Part shown: positions 1-9,574 of the stretch, in pieces | Layout of the letters: each line of letters begins with the position of its first letter | How positions within the stretch are numbered: the first letter of the stretch is position 1 | Assembly (NCBI GenBank): GCA_039593235.1 | Contig: JBCNPS010000001.1 | Location: 1-46,344 of the forward strand | DNA: 46,344 bases | Direction: 5' to 3' | Origin: Chitinophaga sp. | GTDB lineage: Bacteria; Bacteroidota; Bacteroidia; Chitinophagales; Chitinophagaceae | Notes under the pieces: generated by a model | What the model saw: the letters and a program-made list of their open reading frames with translations, nothing else | Told to the model about the DNA's origin: nothing | Databases searched by the model: none | Made by a program: the position numbers and the translations under genes

Positions 1-108
1 CTCCAGCCAGAGGCCGCCGCCCTTGGTGAAGAGGATCACCGGCACACGGCGCCCTTCGTGTTCGCGGATCAGGCCGTCGACGATCTTCTGCATGTAGGCC
101 AGGGAGAA
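1..108 (-). other. hemE: Foreign fragment of uroporphyrinogen decarboxylase (Pseudomonas-type), probably a chimeric contig end
   Basis: The reverse strand translates without stops as [36 protein letters not shown], which I recognise as gammaproteobacterial HemE. It is much more GC-rich than the flanking DNA, and the similarity ends abruptly at about position 109. Confidence 0.85.
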
Positions 109-111
109 CAT

Positions 112-459
112 ATGAGTACAACACCATCAACAGCCACCGTATTACGCTTTATTAATGCGTTGAATGAGGAGGATTTTGAAACGGCCCGCAACTGTGTAAC
201 GGATGACCTTACGTTTACCGGTGTGATGGGAGTGCGTAATGGCGCTGATGCCTATTTTAACGACATGAAGCGGATGAAGTTGAAATATAACATCAGGAAA
301 GTATTTGGAGATGATAATGATGTATGTCTTTGGTACGACATTGTTATGGATAACAAACCCATATTGAGCAGTGGCTGGTACCAGCTGGAAAAGGGACGTA
401 TAAAGTCATTCCAGGTAGTATTTGATCCGCGGCCGTTGCTCGAAGCTGCGCCGAAATAA
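112..459 (+). CDS. SnoaL-like / NTF2-fold protein
   Basis: 115 aa from ATG112 (MSTTPS...). The 'V.RFI.ALN.EDF..AR....DDLTF.G' start and '[13 protein letters not shown]' end are typical of SnoaL_2 proteins. The ORF-track extension to position 58 lies in the foreign segment. Confidence 0.75.
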   Translation: MSTTPSTATVLRFINALNEEDFETARNCVTDDLTFTGVMGVRNGADAYFNDMKRMKLKYNIRKVFGDDNDVCLWYDIVMDNKPILSSGWYQLEKGRIKSFQVVFDPRPLLEAAPK

Positions 460-468
460 TTTTCCATA

Positions 469-500
469 CAGCAGCGCGTATACCCGGCGCTGCTGCTTTG
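469..500 (+). terminator. Possible intrinsic terminator
   Basis: Stem CAGCAGCGC (469-477) / GCGCTGCTG (487-495) just after the stop codon, with a weak U tract. Confidence 0.4.
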
Positions 501-604
501 CCCATTTTTATTTTCCTCATTGCGTAAGTATTTTTCCCAATTGCGTAACCTTGCATCCCCCCTTGCCGGTAGTTTTGTGCCGCTAAACACAACTAACTAC
601 TATA

Positions 605-3022
605 ATGAACCATCTTTACGCAATAAAAGCTATTTTCCGCCGCCATTTCCACCCCGCGATAGTCATAATTGGCCTCTTGATGCCTGCACTGGCACCGGCG
701 CAAAAACAGGGAGCCGGCGCTGTAACCGGTACTATCCTCAACAGGGAAGGCCATCCGGCGGCAGCTATTACGGTGGCTGTTCCGGCATTGAATAAAGGAA
801 CTACTACCAATGAGGAAGGACATTTCCTACTGTCCGATGTTCCTGCGGGCAGTTACCTGTTGCGTGTTTCGGGAGTGGGCGTAAAACAGGAGGAAAGGAA
901 AGTAAACGTTCGCAGCGGAAGAACCACCGTGGCGGATTTTACCCTGGTGCAAATCACCGGCGAGTTACTGGAAGTAGCTGTTACAGAAAAGAAGAACCGG
1001 TATAAAGCAGATATTCCGTCTTCTTCACTGCGGTTAAATGAGCCGTTGAGAGAAATTCCCCAGAATGTACAGATCATCACCTCCCGGGTATTGGCCGATC
1101 AGCAAATGCTGACAATGGCCGATGGTGTGCAGAAACTCGTGAGCGGCGCTACCCGTGTTGAACACTGGGCGGATCTTTATACCCGGATCAACACCCGTGG
1201 CTCCCGCGCCAGTGCTTTCCGCAACGGGGTGAACGTTACTTCCGACTGGGGCCCGCTCAGTGAGGATATGAGCATGGTAGATCATATTGAATTTGTAAAA
1301 GGGCCGGCCGGCTTTATGATGAGCAACGGAGAGCCCAGCGGGATTTATAATGTGGTCACTAAAAAGCCAACAGGCGCGGGGTTTAACGGGGAAGCCTCCT
1401 TTACTCTCGGTAGCTTCGACCTGTACCGCGCTTCCCTGGACCTGGACGGGAAACTGGAAAAGACCGGGAAATTGCTGTACCGCCTGAATGTAATGGGACA
1501 AAATAAAAGCTCGTTCCGACCTTATGAATATAACAACCGTTACCTCATAGCGCCGGTTATCACTTATAAGATCAGCGATCAAACTACCCTTACTGCTGAA
1601 TGTACTTACCAGCATGTAAAGATGTCGGACCCGGGAAGCGCTTACTCTTTTTCTACAGAAGGATATGCCGGACTGCCAAGGGATTTCACCCTGGTAAGTT
1701 CCGGTCTTACCCCCACTAACATCAACGATCATAGCGCCTTCGTGAATTTGCAGCACCAGATCAGCAACCAGTGGAAGCTCACCGCACAGTTGTCCTACTT
1801 TAACTATGCGCAACGCGGGGCTAACATATGGCCGGACGCCGTAAATCCCGATGGAACCATTATAAGAGGAATGGGGAGCTGGGACGCCAAAAGCCAGTAT
1901 AAATTCGGACAGGCCTATGTGAACGGCGATGTACAAACAGGTAAGATCCGCCACCGCATTCTCGGCGGACTGGACATGGGCACCAGGAATTTTATGGCGG
2001 ACTTTAACCAGTATTTCCTGCTGGATTCTGTTGGGGGAGAATTTGATTCACACCATCCCAATTATGGACCGCCTAATAACGGGTATCCTGTATGGGATTG
2101 GAGCACACCACTGGAACAACGTAATCCCAACATCAATGACCAGTCATACACGGGCTTGTATTTGCAGGATGAACTGGGCTTCCTGGATAACAGGATCCGG
2201 TTAACGCTGGCAGGCAGATATACCTATGTAAAGCAGAATGAAGGCGGTCCGTGGTACAATGCAAAAAAGTTTACACCACGTGTAGGCTTGAGCGTTACTA
2301 TAGATAAACAAACATCCGCTTATGCACTCTATGATCAGTCGTTTATCCCGCAAACAGGTTTCCTGAGAGACAGCAGCCAGATCAAACCCAAAACAGGCAA
2401 CAACCTGGAAGTAGGTTTGAAAAGAGATTGGATGGACAGCAAATGGAGTACTACCTTATCCGTTTATCGCATTATCCGGAAAGACGAGCTGAGATCGGAT
2501 CCCAATAACCAACAGAATGAGCAATTCTCTGTAGTACTGGGGCAAACCAAAACACTGGGAATAGAATTTGATATGAAAGGAGAGTTGTTGCCGGGATTAA
2601 ACCTGCTGATCAACTATGCTTATACTGATTCCAAAATTGACGAAGCCACCAAAGCTATCCCTGAACTCAAAGTGGGCGACCGGGTTCCCGGTTATGCCAC
2701 CCATAATGTGAATGCCTGGTTGAGCTACAAGCTGGAGCAGGGCGCATTGAAAGGACTGGGTGTTTCAGGGGGCTTTAGTTATTTGAAGGATCGCGACAGC
2801 TGGACCTGGACCGGCCATGATAACATCGCCGGTTTACCGGACTACTTCCGTTTGGATGGCAGTCTTTTCTGGGAAAAAGGTAAAGTACGGGTAACTGCCA
2901 ATATCTATAATATCCTGGATAAATATCTTTATAACGGCACTTATGAAGACTGGGCGCAATACTATACCTGGCAAACAGAGGCCGGGCGGAATTTGAGGTT
3001 TAATGTGGCTTATCGCTTCTGA
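605..3022 (+). CDS. TonB-dependent siderophore receptor with N-terminal carboxypeptidase-regulatory-like domain
   Basis: Signal peptide, 'GTTTNEEGHFLL..VPAGSY.L' domain, plug motifs 'EIPQNVQII' and 'IEFVKGPAG', beta-barrel ending in 'VAYRF'. Confidence 0.9.
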   Translation: MNHLYAIKAIFRRHFHPAIVIIGLLMPALAPAQKQGAGAVTGTILNREGHPAAAITVAVPALNKGTTTNEEGHFLLSDVPAGSYLLRVSGVGVKQEERKVNVRSGRTTVADFTLVQITGELLEVAVTEKKNRYKADIPSSSLRLNEPLREIPQNVQIITSRVLADQQMLTMADGVQKLVSGATRVEHWADLYTRINTRGSRASAFRNGVNVTSDWGPLSEDMSMVDHIEFVKGPAGFMMSNGEPSGIYNVVTKKPTGAGFNGEASFTLGSFDLYRASLDLDGKLEKTGKLLYRLNVMGQNKSSFRPYEYNNRYLIAPVITYKISDQTTLTAECTYQHVKMSDPGSAYSFSTEGYAGLPRDFTLVSSGLTPTNINDHSAFVNLQHQISNQWKLTAQLSYFNYAQRGANIWPDAVNPDGTIIRGMGSWDAKSQYKFGQAYVNGDVQTGKIRHRILGGLDMGTRNFMADFNQYFLLDSVGGEFDSHHPNYGPPNNGYPVWDWSTPLEQRNPNINDQSYTGLYLQDELGFLDNRIRLTLAGRYTYVKQNEGGPWYNAKKFTPRVGLSVTIDKQTSAYALYDQSFIPQTGFLRDSSQIKPKTGNNLEVGLKRDWMDSKWSTTLSVYRIIRKDELRSDPNNQQNEQFSVVLGQTKTLGIEFDMKGELLPGLNLLINYAYTDSKIDEATKAIPELKVGDRVPGYATHNVNAWLSYKLEQGALKGLGVSGGFSYLKDRDSWTWTGHDNIAGLPDYFRLDGSLFWEKGKVRVTANIYNILDKYLYNGTYEDWAQYYTWQTEAGRNLRFNVAYRF

Positions 3023-3081
3023 TATCTTCCGTAAAATATATACAAGATGAGATGATTGGCCCTGCTATGCCTGGTGTTTTT

Positions 3082-4371
3082 TTAATGTATCCAATGGCGC
3101 TGTATATCTTCCATCGATTGCCCTTTTGTTTCCGGTACCAGTTTATATACCGTTATAAAAGCAAATACACAGCATAAGGCGAAGCACCAGAATGTTTGCG
3201 GTGTTCCTGCAGTTGCCAGCATAACAGGCGTGAGCTGCCCCATGATAGCATCGGCGGTCCACATCACCATAATACTGAGCGACAGCGCTTTTGCGCGGAT
3301 ACTGTCGGGAAATATTTCGGCTGCAATTACAAATTTCAGCGGACCGATAGAGAACGCAAAACAAGCCAGGAAGGCGAGCACACAAAGTAGGAGATAGATA
3401 CCGTTAACAGCGCCGGTGTAAAAACAGACCCCTGTAAGCAACAGGCTGACAGCTGCTCCGGCTGTTCCCCATAAGTAAAGCGGGCGCCTGCCCAGGCTAT
3501 CTACTTTCCAGATGGCAATGAACGTAAAGAGTACATTGGCTGCGCCAAAGAACAACTGGCTGATAAGAGAGCTGTCGAGTGTAAGGCCGGATTGATGCAG
3601 GATGGTAGGGCCATAATAAATAATGGCGTTGATACCGCTGAACTGCGAGAATAACGGGAGCAGGATGGCTATCAGTAAAGCACGGCGGTACCGGGGCGCC
3701 AGTAACTGCGTATATCCGGCAGCGTTAGCTGTTCCGGCAGCATGTTGCTGCTTTGTCCATCGCGGGCTTTCCGGGAGAAAGATGATCCCCAGTAAAAAAA
3801 GCAGTGCAGGGAAAATGCCTACGCCAAACATTTTACGCCATACTTCCAGGTGGCTGATCAGCAGCCATCCGTTTTGAGAAGGCGTTGCGGCATACTTCAG
3901 CAGCAGTGCATTACTGGCATAAGCGCAGAAGATGCCAACGGTAACGGCCAGCTGGTAATAGGTAACCAGCCGGCCCCGCAAATGATCGGGGGCAATTTCT
4001 GAAAGATAGAGCGGCACTACGCTGGAAGCTATGCCCACGGCCATGCCGCCAAGAATGCGCGCCGCAATAAGCCAGGAAAATTGAGGGATAAAGGTGCAGC
4101 CCAATCCCGTAAGTACAAATAACGCGGCCGACAGGAACAATAGCTTTTTCCTGCCAAAACGGTCGCTGAGGTCACCGGCGAAGATGACCCCGGCAATACA
4201 GCCGGCCAGCGCTGATGATACAAACCATCCCAGCTGTGCCGGCGATAACGAGAACCGGTGTTCCACAAACGGGAGTATGCCGGACACCACCGCCATATCA
4301 AAACCAAAAAGGAAGCCGCCCAGGGAAGCTACCAGGGTAATGAAGGTGAGATGTTGATGCTGTTGCTGCAT
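3082..4371 (-). CDS. Sugar porter family MFS transporter
   Basis: GGFLFGFD, DRFGRK, YLSEIAP...RG, PESPRW, QFSGINAIIYY and PETKG motifs. Confidence 0.92.
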   Translation of the reverse strand: MQQQHQHLTFITLVASLGGFLFGFDMAVVSGILPFVEHRFSLSPAQLGWFVSSALAGCIAGVIFAGDLSDRFGRKKLLFLSAALFVLTGLGCTFIPQFSWLIAARILGGMAVGIASSVVPLYLSEIAPDHLRGRLVTYYQLAVTVGIFCAYASNALLLKYAATPSQNGWLLISHLEVWRKMFGVGIFPALLFLLGIIFLPESPRWTKQQHAAGTANAAGYTQLLAPRYRRALLIAILLPLFSQFSGINAIIYYGPTILHQSGLTLDSSLISQLFFGAANVLFTFIAIWKVDSLGRRPLYLWGTAGAAVSLLLTGVCFYTGAVNGIYLLLCVLAFLACFAFSIGPLKFVIAAEIFPDSIRAKALSLSIMVMWTADAIMGQLTPVMLATAGTPQTFWCFALCCVFAFITVYKLVPETKGQSMEDIQRHWIH

Positions 4372-4372
4372 A

Positions 4373-6169
4373 TCAGGTGGATGCTATTTGGTTAAAAACC
4401 GGGTGCGATGATTTTAAAAACGCTTTGATCAGTTTCACAGGAGTTGCATTCTTGCTGCTGATTCGGCAGCTTGCCGCTGCGGCCGGTATCACAAAAGTTT
4501 CTGCATAGCAGTAGGTGGTCGTATACCCGTTGGCGGTAGTAACCGTTACTGCGTCGCCTTCTACCAGCATCATCACCAGGCACAGGCCATTGGTGGTAAT
4601 ATCAACACTGCCGCTAAATTCCAGCCGGTGTACATTATAAAAGTGTGCGGCGTGAGTGGGAAGGTGTACCAACTGGTAATTTTCCCTTTTATCTATTACC
4701 TCGGGCGCCGACACCAGTTGCTCTTTCACTGCTTTACCCTGCCTGCTGAAGTCAAGGTTATGAAAGGCGTGGTCGATATTGATAGCCCTGGGTTTTCCAT
4801 CCAGCCCGGGCCGTAGCCAGTCGTACATCTTAAACGTGAAAATGTACGGCGTAGCGCTGATTTCCAGTACCAGGTTATCAGCGCCTGCGCTGTGTACGGT
4901 ACCATTGGGTATCAGGAACAGGGTATGCTTATCTGCTGCATGCTGTTGTACAAAATCCGTTATTTCTACGGGAATACCAAGATCCCGGCTGTTTTCCAGT
5001 TTGGTTTTAAATGTTCCCGGATCAATCCCTTCCTGGAAACCAAGATACACCGTAGCGCCGTCTTTACAATCCATGATGTAATAGGTTTCATCCTGTGTAA
5101 ATGTTTCCCCGAAGTGAGCCCGGATATATTCCATTGTTGGATGACATTGAATGGAAAGGTTGCCGCCGTCGAAAGTATCGAGGAAGTCGAACCGGATAGG
5201 GAATTGATATTGAAAGATGTTTGCATGATTCCCAAGTATGGCGGTATGTTGTGCATACATCATCCATTCGAAGGGAATTTCCATCAGGCAGCCATCACTT
5301 TCAAAGAGCACCCCGTTTTCGGGAACAATCATCTCAAAAGACCATGCATAATTTATCTCCTCTGTATTAATGCCGTTAATATGCGTTTTCAGCCACTGTC
5401 CGCCCCAGGCGCCAGCTTCAAACCAAGGCCTCACCCGGAAGGTGTTGTGGGCCAGCCGGGAAACGCCTTCCTGCAGATCATGATTAAATATCCATGCTAT
5501 ATGATCCGGCCATTGGGTATCTGCCATGATCCGGATGCGTTGCTGCAGGGTTTGTTTGTAATTATTAAGCACTACCCAGTCTACAAAGTAAAAGCGCTTG
5601 TACATTTCAGCGCTGCCACCGGCGGTGGTAGCGCCGAAGTTAGTAATAGTCCCTGCGCGCATACGGTACTGGAGCTCGTTTTTGGGAAGATCCAGGTATA
5701 TGACCGGGGCGGTGGGATGAGCGAGCGCCGCCCCGCTTCCGTATATGATATGCAGGTCATAAGGGCCTTCAGGGAACACTGTCGTCATCTTCTCCTCAAC
5801 AAAAAAATCATTGATGTGCAAGGAGGTTTTAGTGCCCCATACATCGCCTTCGTTACCAATAAAAGGGGCCACCAGGTCTTGTATCTGCCGGCTGTCTTTT
5901 AAGCAGCACTGGATATTATGCCATCTAACGTTAACGCCTGTACGGGCCAGTTCCAGCTTCAGGGAAGTACAGATCTTATCCCAGAAAATACCTGCATATC
6001 CATCTATCACTACCACCGGATGCTGAACTATCCAGTTGGCCAGCGAGGTGTAGCCGGTCTGTATCTTGCCATTGCCGAGCGGATGGACCGGGTACCTGTT
6101 GTAGGTATCCGGGGAAGGGGGTGCTGCGTGTTCCGGCAGCAGGGGCTGTGCTGAATCTCGCCAGATCAT
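4373..6169 (-). CDS. Class I mannose-6-phosphate isomerase-like cupin protein with an extra N-terminal domain
   Basis: PWF..GAWGG, FPIRFDFLD, LSIQCHP, QDETYY and IPNGTVHS...VLEIS metal-binding cupin motifs, plus an approximately 240-aa N-terminal extension. Confidence 0.75.
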   Translation of the reverse strand: MIWRDSAQPLLPEHAAPPSPDTYNRYPVHPLGNGKIQTGYTSLANWIVQHPVVVIDGYAGIFWDKICTSLKLELARTGVNVRWHNIQCCLKDSRQIQDLVAPFIGNEGDVWGTKTSLHINDFFVEEKMTTVFPEGPYDLHIIYGSGAALAHPTAPVIYLDLPKNELQYRMRAGTITNFGATTAGGSAEMYKRFYFVDWVVLNNYKQTLQQRIRIMADTQWPDHIAWIFNHDLQEGVSRLAHNTFRVRPWFEAGAWGGQWLKTHINGINTEEINYAWSFEMIVPENGVLFESDGCLMEIPFEWMMYAQHTAILGNHANIFQYQFPIRFDFLDTFDGGNLSIQCHPTMEYIRAHFGETFTQDETYYIMDCKDGATVYLGFQEGIDPGTFKTKLENSRDLGIPVEITDFVQQHAADKHTLFLIPNGTVHSAGADNLVLEISATPYIFTFKMYDWLRPGLDGKPRAINIDHAFHNLDFSRQGKAVKEQLVSAPEVIDKRENYQLVHLPTHAAHFYNVHRLEFSGSVDITTNGLCLVMMLVEGDAVTVTTANGYTTTYCYAETFVIPAAAASCRISSKNATPVKLIKAFLKSSHPVFNQIAST

Positions 6170-6173
6170 AATC

Positions 6174-9146
6174 TTATTTTTTTGCTACGCGGATCATTAT
6201 TATTCCTTTACCGGGAACAGGGAAACTTTCCGGGAGTATACGCTTATTTGTTTCCAGTAAATCGCTTTCTGAAATATTTAAAGCACTGGAATTATTTTTT
6301 GAAGATAGTATAGCCGTGGCCGTATGAGCAGATGCATTTACCAGTTGCATGATAACGCCATTACCATCCGCTGCCGGATAAAGATTCTCCACGTATATAT
6401 TATCGCCGCCGATGTTAAAGAACAGGCTTTCCGATGGAACACCGTTTGCGGCTGTAACCACCGGGGGCTGATGATTTTCCAGCCCTTTGTTATTCGCTAT
6501 AGCTGCATCAAATGCGCCATGTACCTGCAGGTAGTAATGAAAAACAGTGATCCCTTCCTGGTCCCTGCGGAAATTGGTATGCCACAGGTTGTTCATTACC
6601 CAGGATGAGATGAGTGGTTGCTGTTCCATAAATGAAATCCAGCGGGGTGAGTTATGCAGGCCGCCGAGTAAACCGGCTGTGGGATACTGTCCTATTTCAA
6701 ACAGGGGGGCGTCGGGGCTCGACCAGGTAACGCCCGTATTTTTCCCCGATACATCTACCCAGCGCTGCTGCGTATACCAGTTCCTGTTAGTATGGGGCAA
6801 CTGATCAGCTTCGGCGGTAATACTACCCCAAGGTATATTGTAATGTACCTGCGCACCGGGGATACGGAAGGGGAATACAAAGTGTACGCTCTCTTTGCTG
6901 CCAACAGCCGTTTTATCTATTGTATTCACCAGTGCCACCTGGTCTATCCCCGCAGCCAGCTGTATTTCCCGGGTGAGCGAACGGGCGCCGGGCGCGGTAC
7001 TGGTAACAGACAGGCTTACTACCAGTGGTCCTTTTTCCTTGATATGGATATTTGCCGGGCCGCTGTACTGTATTTTTTCGGCAGAATCGCCGGGCATATA
7101 GGTGTATTGATTCAGTCCCGCGGAATCAGCAAGATTGCCGTTATATCCCTTTTTAACGAGTTGCGTGATATTGCCGGTTTGCGGGTCTACCCGGATGGAG
7201 TAAATGTCGTTATCCAGGCTGTTGTTCGTAACAGTAGCCCTGTGCGCAGGTGTGCCTGCGGCGCGGGGATGAATGGTGAACCGCTGCTTGGAAAAAGGTG
7301 GCAGCGCTGTGGCGAGGAAAGCAAGTTCGCCGGTGCTGAGCCTTTGTGAAGGCAGTTTCCGGCCATTCATATCTTTTACCAGGTTACCGGCGGTGCTGAG
7401 TGCGGCCGGAACACGCACCAGGGCGGTACGGGTATGACCAAGTGTATTGTACACGTCTATAGCTTCTGCCGTTGTATTAGTATATCCGTTACCGTTAGTA
7501 CTGCTGTGCAGCAATGCTTCTGAACGTGCCTGCGCGTTCAGCGCAAAGGCCTGTTTATATTGCCATTGAGCGATGGCTTTTGGATCCTGCGGATTGGATA
7601 CACTGTTGAAAGCGCCCCAGGTATGCTCGTTGAACATAATAAGATCGGTCCAGGTAAGGCGGAACGAATCTGCAGGGTAGCCGGTTTTACCGCTGATTGC
7701 CCAGATAGCGCCTGCCTGCTGCAGCCGGTCGGAGGCGTTCCTGTTAATGGCGGTTTCTTTTGCGCCGGAAGCGATGCCATCTGTCCAGTATTCGGTATAG
7801 TCGCCTGCAAATACAGGGATCTTATCTTTCCACCCGGCTTCAAAATCCTGGAAAAATTGTTTAACGGAGGTAATAATCAGTTTGGGAGATGTGTAACGTT
7901 CGTTCCATGCCTTTACTGCGTCCGGCAGTTCGGGGTCTATGGGTGCATTATCGCTCATAGCCCAGGTGAGGAGCGTCATGTTGTAGGGGAAGTGGTTATG
8001 TTCCAGCTGGGAGAGATAATCAAAAAGGTAGGGGTTGAGAAAATTTTCACTTGGCTTACCGGTGTAATAAGGCTTGGGATCTTCTATGGTGAAGAAGTTG
8101 GGTATTTTGCTTCCTTTCAGCGTATAGCCGATAGAGTAGGGCGATGATTGCCAGAAGAGGACCTGTTGTTTGCCGGAGGCGTCCTGCCAGTAAAAGGGTT
8201 TATCGCGCCATTGTCCGGAGCTGCCGATACGGTCGTTGGCATTGGGGGCGCTGAGGAAATACCGGATACCTGTGATGGCGGCCTGGCTTATCAGGCCCCA
8301 GGAGGCACCTGGCACATCGCCCTGGAACATGGTGTTGATGTGGATGTCATAATCTTTTGCAAGGTGGGCGCCGGTGGCAAACAGTTGCAACAGCTGTGCG
8401 GAGGAGGTAGCGCTGGTGTTGGTATTGGCATAGGCGCCGTCCAGGTTGATCCATCCTTTTTTAACGGCGTCGCGGAATCGCTGTTTCTTTTCATCGCTGG
8501 CGGCGGCCAGGTATTTATCTACCACCCAGAGGGCTTCTGTATTCCATTTAAAGCGGGCTTCGGCCGGATAATTGGCCGTGCGTGCGGCTATCTTAATGGC
8601 TTCATCGATATTGTTCATATGAATGGCCAGCACTTTTGCCTGTACGTTGGTATATCCTACGTCTACATGGGAGTGCGGCATGATATATACATTCCACTGC
8701 TGCCGGGTAGGCGATACAATACAGCGGGCGGTGTAGGTTTGTCCGCCGCTGGCAACACGAACTAACAGCTGGGCGTCTTTATTTACCGGCGCGTCGGGCA
8801 GGGGCAGTTCCACTTCGGGAATGCCGTCCTGGCTGGCTGCCAGTGTGAGACTGTCCTCCCGGCCGTTAAAATACATATGTACCACTGCGGGCTGATAGCT
8901 TTTGCCACCGTGAAAGCGCATCCTTACCATGCGGGCGGGCGTACCGTGATGGTTCAGGTATGCTACAGTTGGTTGCAGTTCAATACTGGTGAAGGGGGAA
9001 GGCTGTTGTAGCAATGCAGGGGGCTTTACAATGGTTAGCGAACGGAGCAGCATATCATTGTACGTAGTGGAAAGTTCCGCCCCCCGGGCGTTTACACAAC
9101 TTATAATCCCACAACACAAAAGAAGTTTGACTACAATATGTTTCAT
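6174..9146 (-). CDS. Secreted glycoside hydrolase, GH38 (alpha-mannosidase)-like
   Basis: HSHVDVGY metal motif, DVPG nucleophile-region motif, EHTWG middle domain, C-terminal beta-sandwich (WVMNNLWHTNF). Signal peptide from MKHIVVKLLL (ATG 9146). Confidence 0.8.
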   Translation of the reverse strand: MKHIVVKLLLCCGIISCVNARGAELSTTYNDMLLRSLTIVKPPALLQQPSPFTSIELQPTVAYLNHHGTPARMVRMRFHGGKSYQPAVVHMYFNGREDSLTLAASQDGIPEVELPLPDAPVNKDAQLLVRVASGGQTYTARCIVSPTRQQWNVYIMPHSHVDVGYTNVQAKVLAIHMNNIDEAIKIAARTANYPAEARFKWNTEALWVVDKYLAAASDEKKQRFRDAVKKGWINLDGAYANTNTSATSSAQLLQLFATGAHLAKDYDIHINTMFQGDVPGASWGLISQAAITGIRYFLSAPNANDRIGSSGQWRDKPFYWQDASGKQQVLFWQSSPYSIGYTLKGSKIPNFFTIEDPKPYYTGKPSENFLNPYLFDYLSQLEHNHFPYNMTLLTWAMSDNAPIDPELPDAVKAWNERYTSPKLIITSVKQFFQDFEAGWKDKIPVFAGDYTEYWTDGIASGAKETAINRNASDRLQQAGAIWAISGKTGYPADSFRLTWTDLIMFNEHTWGAFNSVSNPQDPKAIAQWQYKQAFALNAQARSEALLHSSTNGNGYTNTTAEAIDVYNTLGHTRTALVRVPAALSTAGNLVKDMNGRKLPSQRLSTGELAFLATALPPFSKQRFTIHPRAAGTPAHRATVTNNSLDNDIYSIRVDPQTGNITQLVKKGYNGNLADSAGLNQYTYMPGDSAEKIQYSGPANIHIKEKGPLVVSLSVTSTAPGARSLTREIQLAAGIDQVALVNTIDKTAVGSKESVHFVFPFRIPGAQVHYNIPWGSITAEADQLPHTNRNWYTQQRWVDVSGKNTGVTWSSPDAPLFEIGQYPTAGLLGGLHNSPRWISFMEQQPLISSWVMNNLWHTNFRRDQEGITVFHYYLQVHGAFDAAIANNKGLENHQPPVVTAANGVPSESLFFNIGGDNIYVENLYPAADGNGVIMQLVNASAHTATAILSSKNNSSALNISESDLLETNKRILPESFPVPGKGIIMIRVAKK

Positions 9147-9172
9147 ATGTACAAACATACGTACATAATTTA
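9146..9172 (-). promoter_or_regulatory. Putative GntR operator overlapping a TAnnTTTG promoter box (copy 1)
   Basis: TATGTACAAACATACGTACATAATTTA is 24/27 identical to 15716-15742. It contains the TATGT-N4-ACATA palindrome and a minus-strand TATGTTTG. Confidence 0.7.
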
Positions 9173-9442
9173 GTATTCCGATGTGTCAGGCTGGGAAGAA
9201 TGGCGGTATTTGTGAAAAAATATCGCGGTGTTTCCTCTTGTTAGTATTCCGGGGCGCCAGGTGGGAAGTCTTACTGTATGGCTCCTCCGGGGATAACCCA
9301 TATATAACCTATATGTAAACCTAATTTGCGCCATTGGTAAGCCTTATCTATAAGATATGGATTATCCTTGTTTCATGAATGGATATTTTGGAGATGAGCA
9401 GTAAGTATATCTTACCTGTGGCAGGGGGTATAAAGCAACAAA

Positions 9443-9550
9443 GGGGCTGTCTCATAAATAACTTTTGCCCGTTTTTATTCGGGTACCTGATGGAAAGATT
9501 TTTCGTTTACACGATTCTCAGACCCATCAAGCTAGTTATGAGGCAGCCCC
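9443..9550. mobile_element. MITE/REP-like 108-bp element with terminal inverted repeats
   Basis: GGGGCTGTCTCATAA (9443-9457) and TTATGAGGCAGCCCC (9536-9550) are 14/15 complementary. No transposase is encoded. Confidence 0.55.
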
Positions 9551-9574
9551 ATCATTCAAAATAAAAAATACCTT

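Noticed and set aside
58-111. N-terminal extension of the SnoaL-like ORF
   Set aside because: It lies in the foreign hemE-derived segment; ATG112 is the plausible start.
9170-9268. Degenerate direct repeat TTAGTATTCCG...CAGG.TGGGAAG (9170 and 9241)
   Set aside because: Only two diverged copies with no functional context; likely an old local duplication.
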